A stretch of 64,000 bases of DNA from Planctomycetota bacterium (GCA_965228735.1 OZ245838.1:5984001-6048000), one strand, 5' to 3'; counted from the first letter of the stretch, positions 8,921 to 19,376 are shown. Notes: a model not told the origin generated them from the letters alone. A program made the numbers and translations.

Positions 8921-11494
8921 TCAGCGCGCGGCGAGTTCGGCGGCCAGGGCCTTGGCCTGCTGCGCGAGCGGATGCTCGGCGGTCAGGTCGGCGGTGAGGA
9001 TCGCGATCGCGCGGTCCGCGGCCGTCCTCGCCTCCGGCGAGTCCGTCGCGGCCAGGGCGCGGGCGTGAAGGAGCCAGGTGATGCCGACGGTGCCGCGCGG
9101 CAGCTGCTCGGCCGTAGCCGTGTCGTCGAGGGCCGCGAGCATCTCGTTGCTCGCCTCCAGCGCGCGCGCCGGACGTTCGCCCGTCAGCAGTGCGTGCATC
9201 AGGTTGTGGGCCGTCGAGAACGTGCCGGGGTGGGCGCGGCCCTTGACGCGGCGGTTGGTCGCGTAGGCCCGCTCCATGTGGGCGATCGCCGCGTCGAAGT
9301 CGCCGGCCTGCAGGCGGGCGACCGCGAGCGCCTGCAGCACGTCCATCGTGCGCGGGTCGTCCGCGCCGAACGTGCGCTCGCAGCGCGGCAGCATCGTGCG
9401 CGCGACCTCCTCGAGCTCGTCGCGGTCGCCCTTGTGGTGCAACGCCTTGAGCAGGTGATAGGCCGCGCCGAGCGTGACCTGGTGGTCGGGACCCGCGAGC
9501 TCTTCGAACGCGGTGTAGGCCTCGCGATGCCGCGCGATCGCGCGGTCGATCTCGCCGACCGCGAGCCACGCCTCGCCGAGGCTGTCGGCGATCTGCCACC
9601 GCGATGCCGGTGGGTGGTCGGACCGATCGGCGCGATCGACGGCGGCCGTGAGCATGTCGCGCGCAGCCTCGTTGTCGTACTGCATCAGGAGGAGCAGTCC
9701 GAGGCTGTGCATCGCGACGATCGTGGCTTCGGCGTCGGGTCCGAGCAGGCGTTCGCGGGCGGCGACGACTTCGTGCAGGAGCGCGTTGGCTTCGTCAAGC
9801 CGGCCCTCGTGCCGCATGAGGTAGGCGTCGTGGAACTGCAGCTTCCACCAGCGCGGATCGTCGGCCAGCTCAGCGGCGTTCTGCGCCTCGGTCAGTGTGG
9901 CCTTGGAGTCGTCGAGCAGCCGGCGCGCGTCGGCGACCCGGTTCTGTTCGCGCAGGGCGACGACGAGGGCGATCGACGTGTCGACCGCGTTCGTCGAATG
10001 CGCGCCTTCGGCCTCGAGCCACAGCGTCCGCGCGCGCAGCAGGTGGCGCTCGGCGATCACGGGCGCCGACAGGCTGCGATACGTGTCGCCGACGAGCTGG
10101 CGCAGCTCGGCCTCGATCGCCGGTGACTCGAACCGTTCGCGCTCGAGGGCGGCGGCGGCCTCGTCGAGCGCCTCCCGCACGGTGTAGTCGACCCCCTTCG
10201 TGCGCATCAGCGCGGACTCCGCGAGGAAGTCGCGGGCGAACTGCGCCACGCGTTGGGCGACACGTTCGCGGCGCGCGAGTTCGCGGTTCTGCCAGAGCAC
10301 GACGGCCAGCGCGACCGTCGCGAACGCGGCGATCACGATCAGCGAGCCGACGAGGCCGCGCCGCCGCCGCGCGAACATCCGGAGCTGGTAGAGGGTGCTC
10401 GGCGCGCGGGCGCGCACCGGCCGATTGTCGAGGAACGCGCGCAGATCGTCGGCGAATTCAGCGACCGCGGAGTAGCGCTCGTTGGGGTCGCGCCGCAGCG
10501 CCTTCTGCAGCACGACCTCGAGGTCGCGGTCCGCGCCCTTGAGGACGGTCGACAGCCGCGGGGCCTGCTGGTTCTCGACGGTCTTCGCGACCGCGAGCGG
10601 TGTCGTCTCGTCGAACACGAACGGGCGGCGGCCGGCGAGCAGCTCGAACGCGACGACCGCGAGCGAATAGATGTCACTGCGGAGGTCGACGGCCTGGCCA
10701 CGGAGCTGCTCCGGGCTCATGTAGTGCAGGGTGCCGAGCACGACACCGCCGTCGGTCATCGAGACGGCGGGCGTGTCCTGTGCCATGCTGCGCGCGATGC
10801 CGAAGTCGATCACCTTCGCGCGGCCGCGCGAATCGACGAGCACGTTCTGTGGCTTGAGGTCGCGGTGCACGACGCCGTGCAGGTGGCCGTGGTGTACGGC
10901 GTCGCAGACCTGCAACAGGAGCTCGAGGCGCGCGCGCTGGTCGAGGCCGTGCTCGTCGGCGTAGGAGACGAGGTCCAACGCGTCGGGCACGAGCTCCATC
11001 GCGAACCACGGCAGCTCGATCCGGCCGGCCCCGTGGACGCCGACTGCGAAGACCTGCGCGATGCCCGGGTGCTGCAGCCGCGCGAGCACCTCGGCCTCCC
11101 AGCGGAATCGCCGCGCGGCCTGGTCGTTCGCGAGCGCGAGCGAGAGCACCTTGAGGGCGACGCGGCGCCGCGGCTCGGACTGCTGCGCGGCGTAGACCGT
11201 CCCCATGCCGCCGCTGCCGAGCACCTCTTGCAGTTCGTAGTCCCCGATGCGGCCGCCGAGGTCGAGGCCGGCCCGGTCCACGTAGCGTTCGGCGCCGCGA
11301 TCGAGCAGGTCGGAGACGCCGCTCTCGACCTCGTCGAGCGCGAGCAGCTCCTCGACCTCGGCCCGCACGGAGCCGTCGCCCTCGCCGCAGCGTTCGTCGA
11401 GGAACGCGGTCCGTTCCTCGGCCGGCAGGTCGAGGGCGTGCTCGAACAGCTCCCGGACGCGCCGGAACGCGGTTGTCGGTTCACCGCGTGGCAC
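8921..11494 (-). CDS. Hanks-type Ser/Thr protein kinase with TM helix and TPR repeats
   Basis: LGSGGMGTVY, VALK, HRDLKPQN, DFG and GTLHYMSPEQ motifs; one hydrophobic helix; TPR-like tail. Confidence 0.95.
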   Translation of the reverse strand: MPRGEPTTAFRRVRELFEHALDLPAEERTAFLDERCGEGDGSVRAEVEELLALDEVESGVSDLLDRGAERYVDRAGLDLGGRIGDYELQEVLGSGGMGTVYAAQQSEPRRRVALKVLSLALANDQAARRFRWEAEVLARLQHPGIAQVFAVGVHGAGRIELPWFAMELVPDALDLVSYADEHGLDQRARLELLLQVCDAVHHGHLHGVVHRDLKPQNVLVDSRGRAKVIDFGIARSMAQDTPAVSMTDGGVVLGTLHYMSPEQLRGQAVDLRSDIYSLAVVAFELLAGRRPFVFDETTPLAVAKTVENQQAPRLSTVLKGADRDLEVVLQKALRRDPNERYSAVAEFADDLRAFLDNRPVRARAPSTLYQLRMFARRRRGLVGSLIVIAAFATVALAVVLWQNRELARRERVAQRVAQFARDFLAESALMRTKGVDYTVREALDEAAAALERERFESPAIEAELRQLVGDTYRSLSAPVIAERHLLRARTLWLEAEGAHSTNAVDTSIALVVALREQNRVADARRLLDDSKATLTEAQNAAELADDPRWWKLQFHDAYLMRHEGRLDEANALLHEVVAARERLLGPDAEATIVAMHSLGLLLLMQYDNEAARDMLTAAVDRADRSDHPPASRWQIADSLGEAWLAVGEIDRAIARHREAYTAFEELAGPDHQVTLGAAYHLLKALHHKGDRDELEEVARTMLPRCERTFGADDPRTMDVLQALAVARLQAGDFDAAIAHMERAYATNRRVKGRAHPGTFSTAHNLMHALLTGERPARALEASNEMLAALDDTATAEQLPRGTVGITWLLHARALAATDSPEARTAADRAIAILTADLTAEHPLAQQAKALAAELAAR

Positions 11495-11612
11495 GGTCGA
11501 TCCGGGCAGGAGAATGCGGGGCGGAGCTCACCAGGGCAGAGAGCGTAATCGCTGGCCCGGCACCGCCAACTTTTGGCCGGTCCGGAAGCGACCGCCGTGC
11601 GAGAATCCGCGC

Positions 11613-12002
11613 ATGCGTAAGGCTCTGGCCGGGACCGTCTTCCTGCTCCTGATGCTGCTCCTGCTCCCGTGCGGGGGCTGCGCCGCGGTGCAGTTCGATC
11701 TGGGTGAGCTGCCGTTCGTCGTGAGCGCGAGTCCGCCGCCGGCGGGCGCCGCGGTCGAGCCGTTCGAGATCCGGGAGAAGGCGGCGCTCTACCTGCACGG
11801 GCTGTTCGGCGAGAGCGTGCCCGACATCGCCGGGCTGCTCGCGGAACGCTGCGGCGAGGACTGTGTGGGGGTGCACGACTTCCGCGTCGAGGTGTCGGCG
11901 TCGGGCCACGACTGGTTCCTCACCCATCTCACGTTGACGATCGTGCGGCTCAAGACGGTCACGATCCGGGGTTCGATCGCATCCGCCCGGGTGACGCCGT
12001 GA
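11613..12002 (+). CDS. Small putative lipoprotein, Bor/Iss-like
   Basis: MRKALAG...LLPCGGC signal/lipobox; C-terminal WFLTHLTLTIVRLKTVTIRG resembles the Bor-type hairpin; GTGA overlap with next gene. Confidence 0.5.
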   Translation: MRKALAGTVFLLLMLLLLPCGGCAAVQFDLGELPFVVSASPPPAGAAVEPFEIREKAALYLHGLFGESVPDIAGLLAERCGEDCVGVHDFRVEVSASGHDWFLTHLTLTIVRLKTVTIRGSIASARVTP

Positions 12003-13381
12003 GTCGCGGCGCGTCCGGTCTCGCGTTCGTGGCCGCGCTGCATCTGGCCGCGCTGCACCTGGCGGCGCACGGTGCGGCGCAGGATCGGCCCAACATCGTC
12101 TTCGTCCTGACCGACGATCAGCGTCACGATGCGCTCGGGTGCGCCGGTCACCCGTTCTTGCAGACCCCACACATGGACGCGATCGCGGCGCGCGGCGAAC
12201 GCTTCACGAACTGCTTCGTCACGACGGCGATCTGCGCGGCGAGTCGCGCGAGCATCCTGACGGGTGCGTGGGAGGGCACGCACGGATACACGTTCGGCAA
12301 GCCGCCGCTAGCGGAGTCCCTGATCGAGAACTCCTGGCCGCGGTTGCTGCGGGGTGCCGGCTATCACACCGGCTTCGTCGGGAAGTGGGGCGTCAAGGAG
12401 CCGCGCGGGAGCCGCCAGACGATGTGGGACTCGTTCCGGGCGATGAGCGCGCCCTACCTGCGGCGGAACGACGCGGGCGGTGTCGTGCATCAGACGGACG
12501 CCGCGGCGCAGCACGCGGTCGAGTTCCTGCGCGCGGCACCTTCGGATCGGCCGTTCTGCCTCATGCTGAGCTTCAACGCGCCGCACGCGCACGACAGCAA
12601 CGAACAGCAGTACGTCCCGCCGCCGGCCCTCGCCGGGGTCTACGACGACGCCGAGGTGCCGATGCCGCCGCTCTGCGAACCCGAGTTCTTCGCGTCGTTG
12701 CCCGCGTTCCAGCGCGAGTCGCTCAACCGCGTGCGCTGGTTCTGGCGCTTCGATACCGAGGAGAAGCGGGTGCGCATGACGCGCAACTACTGCGCGATGA
12801 TCACGGGTGTGGACCGCGCGCTCGGTCGTGTGCTCGACGAGCTGCACGCGCTCGGGCGCGCCGACGACACGGTCGTGGTGTTCACGAGCGACAACGGCTA
12901 TTTCCTCGGGGAGCGCGGCTTCGCGGGGAAGTGGACGATCCACGAAGTCTCGGTGCGGGTGCCGTTGCTCGTGCACGACCCGCGCCGGCCGCGGCTCGAG
13001 GCTGCCGAGCTCGACCCGATCGTGCTCAACGTGGACGTGCCGTCGACGCTGCTCGATCTGGCGTCGGTCGAGGTGCCCGCGAGCTATCAGGGCCGCAGTC
13101 TGCTGCCGTTCCTGCGCGGCGAGACCCCGAAGTGGCGGGACGACTTCTTCTACGAGCATCGGATGAACCACGCGAAGATCCCCAAGTCGGAGGGCGTGCG
13201 CGGGAGTCGCTGGGTGTACGTGCGCTACTACGAGCAGGAGCCGGTGTTCGAGGAGCTCTACGACCTCGCGGCGGATCCGCATCAGCGTACGAACCTCGCC
13301 GCCGACCCGGCGCACGCAGCAACTCTCCGGGCGATGCGTCAACGCTGCAACGAACTGCGCGCGCGCTACGTCTCGGAGTAG
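11999..13381 (+). CDS. Secreted sulfatase (S1 family)
   Basis: RPNIVFVLTDD, ICAASRASILTG (formylglycine motif variant), GKW, FTSDNG, ELYDL. Confidence 0.95.
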   Translation: MSRGASGLAFVAALHLAALHLAAHGAAQDRPNIVFVLTDDQRHDALGCAGHPFLQTPHMDAIAARGERFTNCFVTTAICAASRASILTGAWEGTHGYTFGKPPLAESLIENSWPRLLRGAGYHTGFVGKWGVKEPRGSRQTMWDSFRAMSAPYLRRNDAGGVVHQTDAAAQHAVEFLRAAPSDRPFCLMLSFNAPHAHDSNEQQYVPPPALAGVYDDAEVPMPPLCEPEFFASLPAFQRESLNRVRWFWRFDTEEKRVRMTRNYCAMITGVDRALGRVLDELHALGRADDTVVVFTSDNGYFLGERGFAGKWTIHEVSVRVPLLVHDPRRPRLEAAELDPIVLNVDVPSTLLDLASVEVPASYQGRSLLPFLRGETPKWRDDFFYEHRMNHAKIPKSEGVRGSRWVYVRYYEQEPVFEELYDLAADPHQRTNLAADPAHAATLRAMRQRCNELRARYVSE

Positions 13382-13404
13382 GCAGGCGCTCTAATGGCGG
13401 GCGC

Positions 13405-16224
13405 ATGCGGTTGCTCGCCCTCGTCGTCGTTCTCGTCGCCGGTGTTCTCGCGCCGGTAGGTTCTCTCGCCGCTCAGGTGCCCGATCCGGACAGCCGGGGC
13501 GAGGTGCGGCCGTTCGCCCCGGGCGTGCGCTACGACCCGCAGATCCCGACTCTCGCGCAGGTCACTGGGCACGCCTTCGGTGAGTCGATCTCGAATCACG
13601 CCGACGTCGAGAAGTACGTCTACGCGCTGGCCGAGGCGTCGCCACGGGTCAGGTGGTTCGCGATGGGGCAGAGCTGGCAGGGGCGCTCGCTCTACTACGT
13701 GGCCGTCGCGAACGAGGACCGGATCGATCGCCTCGACGAGATCCAGGCCGCGATGAAGCGACTCGCCGACCCGCGCGGGCTCGACGACGCTTCGGCCGAG
13801 CGACTGATCGAGGCGACCCCTGCGGTCGGTTGGCTCGCGAACTGCGTGCACGGCGACGAGCCGTCGGGCACGGACGCCGCTCTGCTCGTGCTCTACCACC
13901 TGGTCGCGGCCGAGAACGATCCGGTCGTCGACACGATCCTGCGCGAGTGCGTCGTGCTCGTCGATCCGCTGCAGAACCCCGACGGGCGCGACCGGTTCGT
14001 GCACTCGACGCGCGATGCGCGCGGGCGCTGGCCCGATGCGACGCCGGCCAGCGCCGAGCACAGTCAGCCGTGGCCCGGCGGCCGCGTCAATCACGCGCTG
14101 TTCGACATGAACCGCGACTGGTTCGCGCTCTCGCAGCCCGAGACGCGGTCGCGCGTGGCCGCATTCCTTGCGTGGTGGCCGCTCGTCTACGTCGACCTGC
14201 ACGAGATGGGCGGCAACTCGACCTACTACTTCGCGCCGCCGGCCAAGCCGGTGAACGAGGAGATCACCGAGTCTCAGCGCGGCTGGCTCGACCGCTACGG
14301 CCGGAACAACGCGCGCTGGTTCGATCGCTACGGCTTCGACTACTTCACGCGCGAGGCCTACGACGCGTTCTATCCGGGCTACGGCGAGGGCTGGCCGATG
14401 TTCCAGGGCAGCATCGGCATGACGTTCGAGATGGCGAGCGCGCGCGGCATCGTCTATCGCCGGCAGAACGAGACGTTGCTGTTCTATCGTGATGGCGTGC
14501 AGCGCCACTTCGTCGCGTCGATGGGGACGCTCGAGACGCTGGCGAACGGCCGCAAGGACGCGCTGCGGGCGTTTCTGGCGCATCGTCGCGCCGGCGTCGC
14601 TCGCGGGCGGACGGGCGACGTGCGGGAGTACGTGTTCCCCGCGACCGGTGACCGCACGCGCACGGCGCGGCTGATGAACCTGCTGATCGCGCAGGGCATC
14701 GAGGTGCATCGCGCCACGACCGAGCTGCGGACGACCGCGGCGCGGCCGCTCGGTGCGGACCCCGAAGCGGTGCCCGCGGCGGGGCGCACGTTCCCGGCTG
14801 GCAGCTTCGTGCTGTCGATGTCGCAGCCGTCGAGCACGCTGGCGCGCGTGCTCGTGCATCCGCACTTCACCCTCGATTCGGACTGGCTCGAGGAGCAGAA
14901 GACCCGGGCCGCGCGCCGCCAGCGCACCGAGTTCTACGATCTGACCGCGTGGTCGATGCCGCTCCTGTTCGGCGTCGAGACGTGGCAGACGAGCGCCGCC
15001 GTGTCCGGCGAGCGCGAGCTGCTGCACCACGGCATGGCCAACGCCGGTGCTCTGCCGCTGCGGGTCGACGTTCCGAAGGTCGCCTACGTGATGCCCTGGG
15101 GCACCAACGGCGCGGCCGCGATGCTCGCCGAGCTGCTGCGTCACGGCGTGCGTGCGCGTTGCATCGACCGGGCGTTCACGCTCGGCGACATCGACTTCCC
15201 GGCGGGTTCGATCGTCATCAAGGTCAACGACCTCTCGGGCGCCGAGCGGACGCGGCTGCACGGCCGGATGCGCGATCTCGCGACGGCGCACGGCGTATCG
15301 GTGCACTGCGCCGACAGCTCGTGGGTCGACGAGGGCCCCAACTTCGGCACGAACCGCGCGCTCGATCTGAAGACGCCACGCGTCGCGATGCTCTGGGACG
15401 AACCGGTGTCGCGCTACTCCGCGGGCTGGGCGCGCTACCTGCTCGAGCAACGCTACGGCGTGCCGGTGTCGCCGGTGCGGGTTCGCGACCTCGGGCGCGT
15501 CGATCTCGACCGTTTCACGGTGCTGATCGCGCCGGCCGGCCGCGGCTACAGCGGCGAGCTCGGCAAGCGCGGCGTCGATGCGATCCAGGGATTCGTTCGC
15601 CGCGGCGGCGTGCTGATCACGTTCTCGAGCGCGACGCGCTGGCTGACGCAGAAAGACGTCGGGCTGCTCGCGACCGAGGCCGAGTCGCGGCAGCACCCGG
15701 ACGCGGATGGCGACGACGAGGCGAAGGAGAACGATGACGAGAAGGCCGAGCCGGCGAAGGACGAGGCCGGCGAGAAGGCCGTTGCCGCTGCGGGTCCGGG
15801 TGCGCCGGCGAAGAAGCCGAAGAAGGAGTTCGACTACGACCGCGCGATCCGCCCCGACGAGGAATCACCGCAGTCGGTGCCCGGTGCGATCCTCACGGTC
15901 GCGGTCGACGGCGAGCACTGGCTCGGCTTCGGGTACCCGTCCGGTCGCGCGGCCGTCATCCACGACTCGTCGAACATCTTCACGCCGGTCAAACTCGACC
16001 GCGGGACCAACGTCGCGACCTACGCGCCCGCGGACGAGCTCGTGCAAGCGGGCTTCGTCTGGGAGGACACCAGGCGGCAACTGCCGCAGAAAGCGTTCCT
16101 CGTGCACCAGCCCCACGGCCGTGGCCACGTGGTCGCTTTCGCGGAGGATCCCAACGTGCGCGCCTTCGCGGATGGTCTCAACCTCATGCTCATGAACGCC
16201 GTCCTGCTGACGGCAGGGCGCTGA
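13405..16224 (+). CDS. Secreted M14 zinc carboxypeptidase with C-terminal GATase-like domain
   Basis: VHGDE, NPDG, DMNRDW and DLHEM motifs; signal peptide MRLLALVV...LAA|Q. Start moved from 12139. Confidence 0.9.
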   Translation: MRLLALVVVLVAGVLAPVGSLAAQVPDPDSRGEVRPFAPGVRYDPQIPTLAQVTGHAFGESISNHADVEKYVYALAEASPRVRWFAMGQSWQGRSLYYVAVANEDRIDRLDEIQAAMKRLADPRGLDDASAERLIEATPAVGWLANCVHGDEPSGTDAALLVLYHLVAAENDPVVDTILRECVVLVDPLQNPDGRDRFVHSTRDARGRWPDATPASAEHSQPWPGGRVNHALFDMNRDWFALSQPETRSRVAAFLAWWPLVYVDLHEMGGNSTYYFAPPAKPVNEEITESQRGWLDRYGRNNARWFDRYGFDYFTREAYDAFYPGYGEGWPMFQGSIGMTFEMASARGIVYRRQNETLLFYRDGVQRHFVASMGTLETLANGRKDALRAFLAHRRAGVARGRTGDVREYVFPATGDRTRTARLMNLLIAQGIEVHRATTELRTTAARPLGADPEAVPAAGRTFPAGSFVLSMSQPSSTLARVLVHPHFTLDSDWLEEQKTRAARRQRTEFYDLTAWSMPLLFGVETWQTSAAVSGERELLHHGMANAGALPLRVDVPKVAYVMPWGTNGAAAMLAELLRHGVRARCIDRAFTLGDIDFPAGSIVIKVNDLSGAERTRLHGRMRDLATAHGVSVHCADSSWVDEGPNFGTNRALDLKTPRVAMLWDEPVSRYSAGWARYLLEQRYGVPVSPVRVRDLGRVDLDRFTVLIAPAGRGYSGELGKRGVDAIQGFVRRGGVLITFSSATRWLTQKDVGLLATEAESRQHPDADGDDEAKENDDEKAEPAKDEAGEKAVAAAGPGAPAKKPKKEFDYDRAIRPDEESPQSVPGAILTVAVDGEHWLGFGYPSGRAAVIHDSSNIFTPVKLDRGTNVATYAPADELVQAGFVWEDTRRQLPQKAFLVHQPHGRGHVVAFAEDPNVRAFADGLNLMLMNAVLLTAGR

Positions 16225-16227
16225 TCC

Positions 16228-17283
16228 ATGACCGACCTTCTCGCTTCGACCGCTGCTTTGCTGCTCGGTGGTCTCTTCGCCGCGGCGCCGCTTCCCGCTC
16301 AGGATGCTGCCGGACGCGCGCATCCGATGCCCGAGAGTCCGCGGTGGCTGACGTACGTCGGCGAGGATGGACCGGGTGGGGGCAAGCACGTCGTGCTCGT
16401 CGCGGCCGAGCAGGAGTATCGCGCCGAACAGGCGATGCCGATGCTCGCCAAGGTCCTCGCGAAGCATCACGGCTTTCACACGACGGTGCTGTTCGCGCAG
16501 AACCCGGACGGCCTCGTCAACCCGACGCAGCCGACGCGGCCGCAGGACAAGGAGATCGTCCACGACATCCCCGGGCTCGAGCATCTCGGCAAGGCCGATG
16601 TCCTGATCCTGTTCAACCGCTTCATCACGTTGCCGGACGAGCAAGTCCGCCACGTGATCGAGTACCTCGACTCGGGCAAGCCGCTGATCGGCATCCGCAC
16701 GGCCAACCACGGCTTTCGCGGCAACTTCCCGTACGAGGTCGGGGGCAAGCGGGTGCGGTTCGGCGACGACGTCCTCGGCGGCGCGTTCCGGGGCCATCAC
16801 GGCGGCTGGCACCGCGAGGCGACGCGCGGCATCCCGGTCGAGGAGAACGCAGACCATCCGATCCTGCGCGGCGTCGACGACGTGTTCGGTCCGTCCGACG
16901 TCTACCGCACGTATCCGAAGGGCAAGGGGCTGCCGGCCGGCTGCACGCCGCTGCTCATGGGGCAGCCGCTCACCGGGCTCGACCCGAAGGACCCGCCGAA
17001 CGAGAAGAAGGTCGCACTCCCGATCGCGTGGACCAAGCCGTGGACCGGCAGCGCGGGCAGGACCAGCCGCGTGTTCCATGTCACGATGGGCAGCGCGCGC
17101 GACTTCCAGAGCGCCGGCCTGCGGCGCCTGCTCGTGAACGCGGTCTACTGGGGCCTCGAGCTCGAGGACCGGATCGACGGCGAGCGCAGCGTCGACATCG
17201 TCGGCGGGTACGCCCCGCGCAAGAGCGGCTTCAACTACGAGAAGCTCGGCGTGAAGCCGATGCCGGTGTCATCGTTCCGGTAG
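16228..17283 (+). CDS. Secreted ThuA-like (class I GATase-like fold) protein
   Basis: EQEYRAE, GLEHLGKAD, GIRTANHGF, RVFHVTMG, LLVNAVYW. Confidence 0.75.
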   Translation: MTDLLASTAALLLGGLFAAAPLPAQDAAGRAHPMPESPRWLTYVGEDGPGGGKHVVLVAAEQEYRAEQAMPMLAKVLAKHHGFHTTVLFAQNPDGLVNPTQPTRPQDKEIVHDIPGLEHLGKADVLILFNRFITLPDEQVRHVIEYLDSGKPLIGIRTANHGFRGNFPYEVGGKRVRFGDDVLGGAFRGHHGGWHREATRGIPVEENADHPILRGVDDVFGPSDVYRTYPKGKGLPAGCTPLLMGQPLTGLDPKDPPNEKKVALPIAWTKPWTGSAGRTSRVFHVTMGSARDFQSAGLRRLLVNAVYWGLELEDRIDGERSVDIVGGYAPRKSGFNYEKLGVKPMPVSSFR

Positions 17284-17294
17284 GAGGGCGGTGG

Positions 17295-18026
17295 TCAGCG
17301 CCGGCGGTGGCCCCAGATCTTCGTCAGGAGGGCGTGGCCGCGCGCGTCGCAGTGCTGCAGCTCACTGCGCACGAACGGGTAGAAGTCGTTCGTGCCGAAG
17401 TAGGCCTCGGTCGCCTCGGCGAAGTACTCCTGCTCGTTCGTGAGCGCGTAGTGCTTCTGCTTCCTGCCGTTCACGTGTAGCACCTCGTCGTAGACGCCCG
17501 CCTTCTTCGCGGCCCCGAACGCCGCGCGCACGCCCGCGTGCCCGTAGCCGAGCACCTGGTGGTGGTAGCCGTGCGCGAGCTCGTGCAGCACCATCCACGG
17601 CTGCTGCAACGTCCACGACAGGAAGTTCTTCGCGTTGGCGATCTCGACGCCGCGGGCGAGCTCCACCGGGTACTCGTGCTGCTCGAGCCAGCGCGGTGAC
17701 GGGTGGTAGAACATGCAGTTCTGCCGGTGGCGTTCGTCCTCGAAGCCGACCCAGATCGGGATCGCGCGGAGCTTGCCGAGTGCGGGATCGGGCACGACGC
17801 GGCGGATCTGATGCAGCTGCGCGCCGAGCTCTTCGAACACGCGATCGTGCAACGGGTGCTTGCCGAAGTCGTGCACGAGCCGCACGTCGAAGCCGTGGAC
17901 CTCGAGGTGTTCGACTTCGGGCGCGGCGGGTTGCGGTTCGCCACCGCGGCCTTGTGCCGATGCTGCCCGAGAGAGCGGGAGGAGCAGCGCGGCGGCAGCG
18001 GCGGCGAGCAGAGCGCGGGTCGTCAT
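17295..18026 (-). CDS. Secreted zincin metallopeptidase-like protein
   Basis: VLHELAH plus downstream EYFAE third-ligand motif; signal peptide ASA|Q. Confidence 0.8.
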   Translation of the reverse strand: MTTRALLAAAAAALLLPLSRAASAQGRGGEPQPAAPEVEHLEVHGFDVRLVHDFGKHPLHDRVFEELGAQLHQIRRVVPDPALGKLRAIPIWVGFEDERHRQNCMFYHPSPRWLEQHEYPVELARGVEIANAKNFLSWTLQQPWMVLHELAHGYHHQVLGYGHAGVRAAFGAAKKAGVYDEVLHVNGRKQKHYALTNEQEYFAEATEAYFGTNDFYPFVRSELQHCDARGHALLTKIWGHRRR

Positions 18027-18060
18027 GCCGGCACTCTATCCGCCAGCCGGCACCGACGGC

Positions 18061-19239
18061 TCAGTGCTTGTCGACGCCGACCTGGATCTTGGCGGAGCGG
18101 TGCTTGCCGCCGCGGATGAAGCTGACCTCGACGAGGCCCTCGTAGCCGGCGTTCTCCTTGGCCTTCGTGAGGTTGCCGTCGGTGGCGGCCATGCCATCGA
18201 TCTTCGTCAGGATGTCGTAGCGCTGCAGACCGCCGCGCTCGGCGCCACTACGGCGCGTGACGCCGGTGACGAGCAGCGTCTTGCTGCGCTCGAGGCGCAG
18301 CTGCGACGCGAGCGCGGCCGACGGCTTCTCGATGTTGACGCCGATGACGAGGCGGCCCTTCGGTCGCGCCGGCTGCGGCGGCAGCAAGACGCTGTCGATC
18401 ACGTGAACGACGCCGTTCTTGGCTTCGATGTCGGTGCCGACGATGTTCGTGCCCTGGACCTGCAGTCGGCCGCCGGCGATCGAGAAGCGCACCGGCGCGC
18501 CGTTGACCGTCTTGGCCGAGGCCGCGGCGATCGCCTGATCGGCGTAGATGCGTCCCGGGATCACGTGGTAGGTCAGGATGCTCTTCAGCTTGCCGCGGTT
18601 CTCCTTCTTCAGGAGTTCCTTGACCGTGCCGCCGAGCTTGGCGAACGCCTCGTCCGTCGGGGCGAGCACCGTCAGCGGGCCGTCACCCGAGAGCGTGCCG
18701 ACGAGGCCGGCCGCCTTCGCTGCGGCGAGCAGTGTCTTGAACGAACCGGCGGAGTTGGCGACGGCCGGGATCGTCTCGGTGGCCGGCATCATGACCGAAT
18801 CGATGACGTGGATGATGCCGTTGCTGCAGCGGATGTCAGTCTTGACGAGGCCGGCGCCGCCGACCGTGACCGTGTCGCCGTCCATCATCACGGGGAGGCG
18901 CTGGCCGTTGGCCGTGTCGAGCGAGGTGCGACCGAGCACGTCGCTGGCGGTCAGCGCGCCGGGCACGACGTGGAATGTCAGGATGCCCGCCAGCTGCTTC
19001 CGGTTCTGCTTCTTCAGCAGGTCGCCGAGCACGTGCTGGTCGAGCTTGCCGAACGCGGCATCGGTCGGGGCGAAGACCGTGAACGGGCCCTTGCCCTGCA
19101 GCGTCTCGACGAGCTTCGCGGCCTTGACGGCGGTGACGAGCGTGCCGAAATCGCCGGCCTTCACGGCGGTCGTGACGATGTCGTTCTGGGCGGAGATGCT
19201 CGCCGTCAGGGCGAGCGCGGTGATCATGAGTCGTTGCAT
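18061..19239 (-). CDS. Secreted protein with two fasciclin (FAS1) domains and a C-terminal PDZ-like domain
   Basis: Two copies of TV[F/L]APTDxAF...IL.[F/Y]HV..G...NG.[I/V]HVIDSV; C-terminal GAERGGLQRYDILTKIDG. Confidence 0.9.
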   Translation of the reverse strand: MQRLMITALALTASISAQNDIVTTAVKAGDFGTLVTAVKAAKLVETLQGKGPFTVFAPTDAAFGKLDQHVLGDLLKKQNRKQLAGILTFHVVPGALTASDVLGRTSLDTANGQRLPVMMDGDTVTVGGAGLVKTDIRCSNGIIHVIDSVMMPATETIPAVANSAGSFKTLLAAAKAAGLVGTLSGDGPLTVLAPTDEAFAKLGGTVKELLKKENRGKLKSILTYHVIPGRIYADQAIAAASAKTVNGAPVRFSIAGGRLQVQGTNIVGTDIEAKNGVVHVIDSVLLPPQPARPKGRLVIGVNIEKPSAALASQLRLERSKTLLVTGVTRRSGAERGGLQRYDILTKIDGMAATDGNLTKAKENAGYEGLVEVSFIRGGKHRSAKIQVGVDKH

Positions 19240-19304
19240 CTGGTTCTCTCGTGGTTCCTCTGTGGCGCGCGAGTCGGTCGCGCCGCCCTCGGTTCAGGTG
19301 AAAT

Positions 19305-19330
19305 TTCGAGCCCGGCCGCAGATCGGATGC
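19305..19330 (-). promoter_or_regulatory. Putative ECF-sigma promoter GCATCC-N16-CGAA upstream of fasciclin gene
   Basis: Motif read on the minus strand; resembles the SigK-type CCATCC...CGAA promoter known to drive the fasciclin genes mpt70/mpt83. Confidence 0.45.
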
Positions 19331-19376
19331 AGAGGCCTCGCTTCCCGGCCCGATCCGGGCAATCTTTCCGCCGCCG

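Noticed and set aside
12139..13404. Apparent N-terminal extension of the M14 peptidase
   Set aside because: Alternate frame over the sulfatase; a clean signal peptide starts at 13405.
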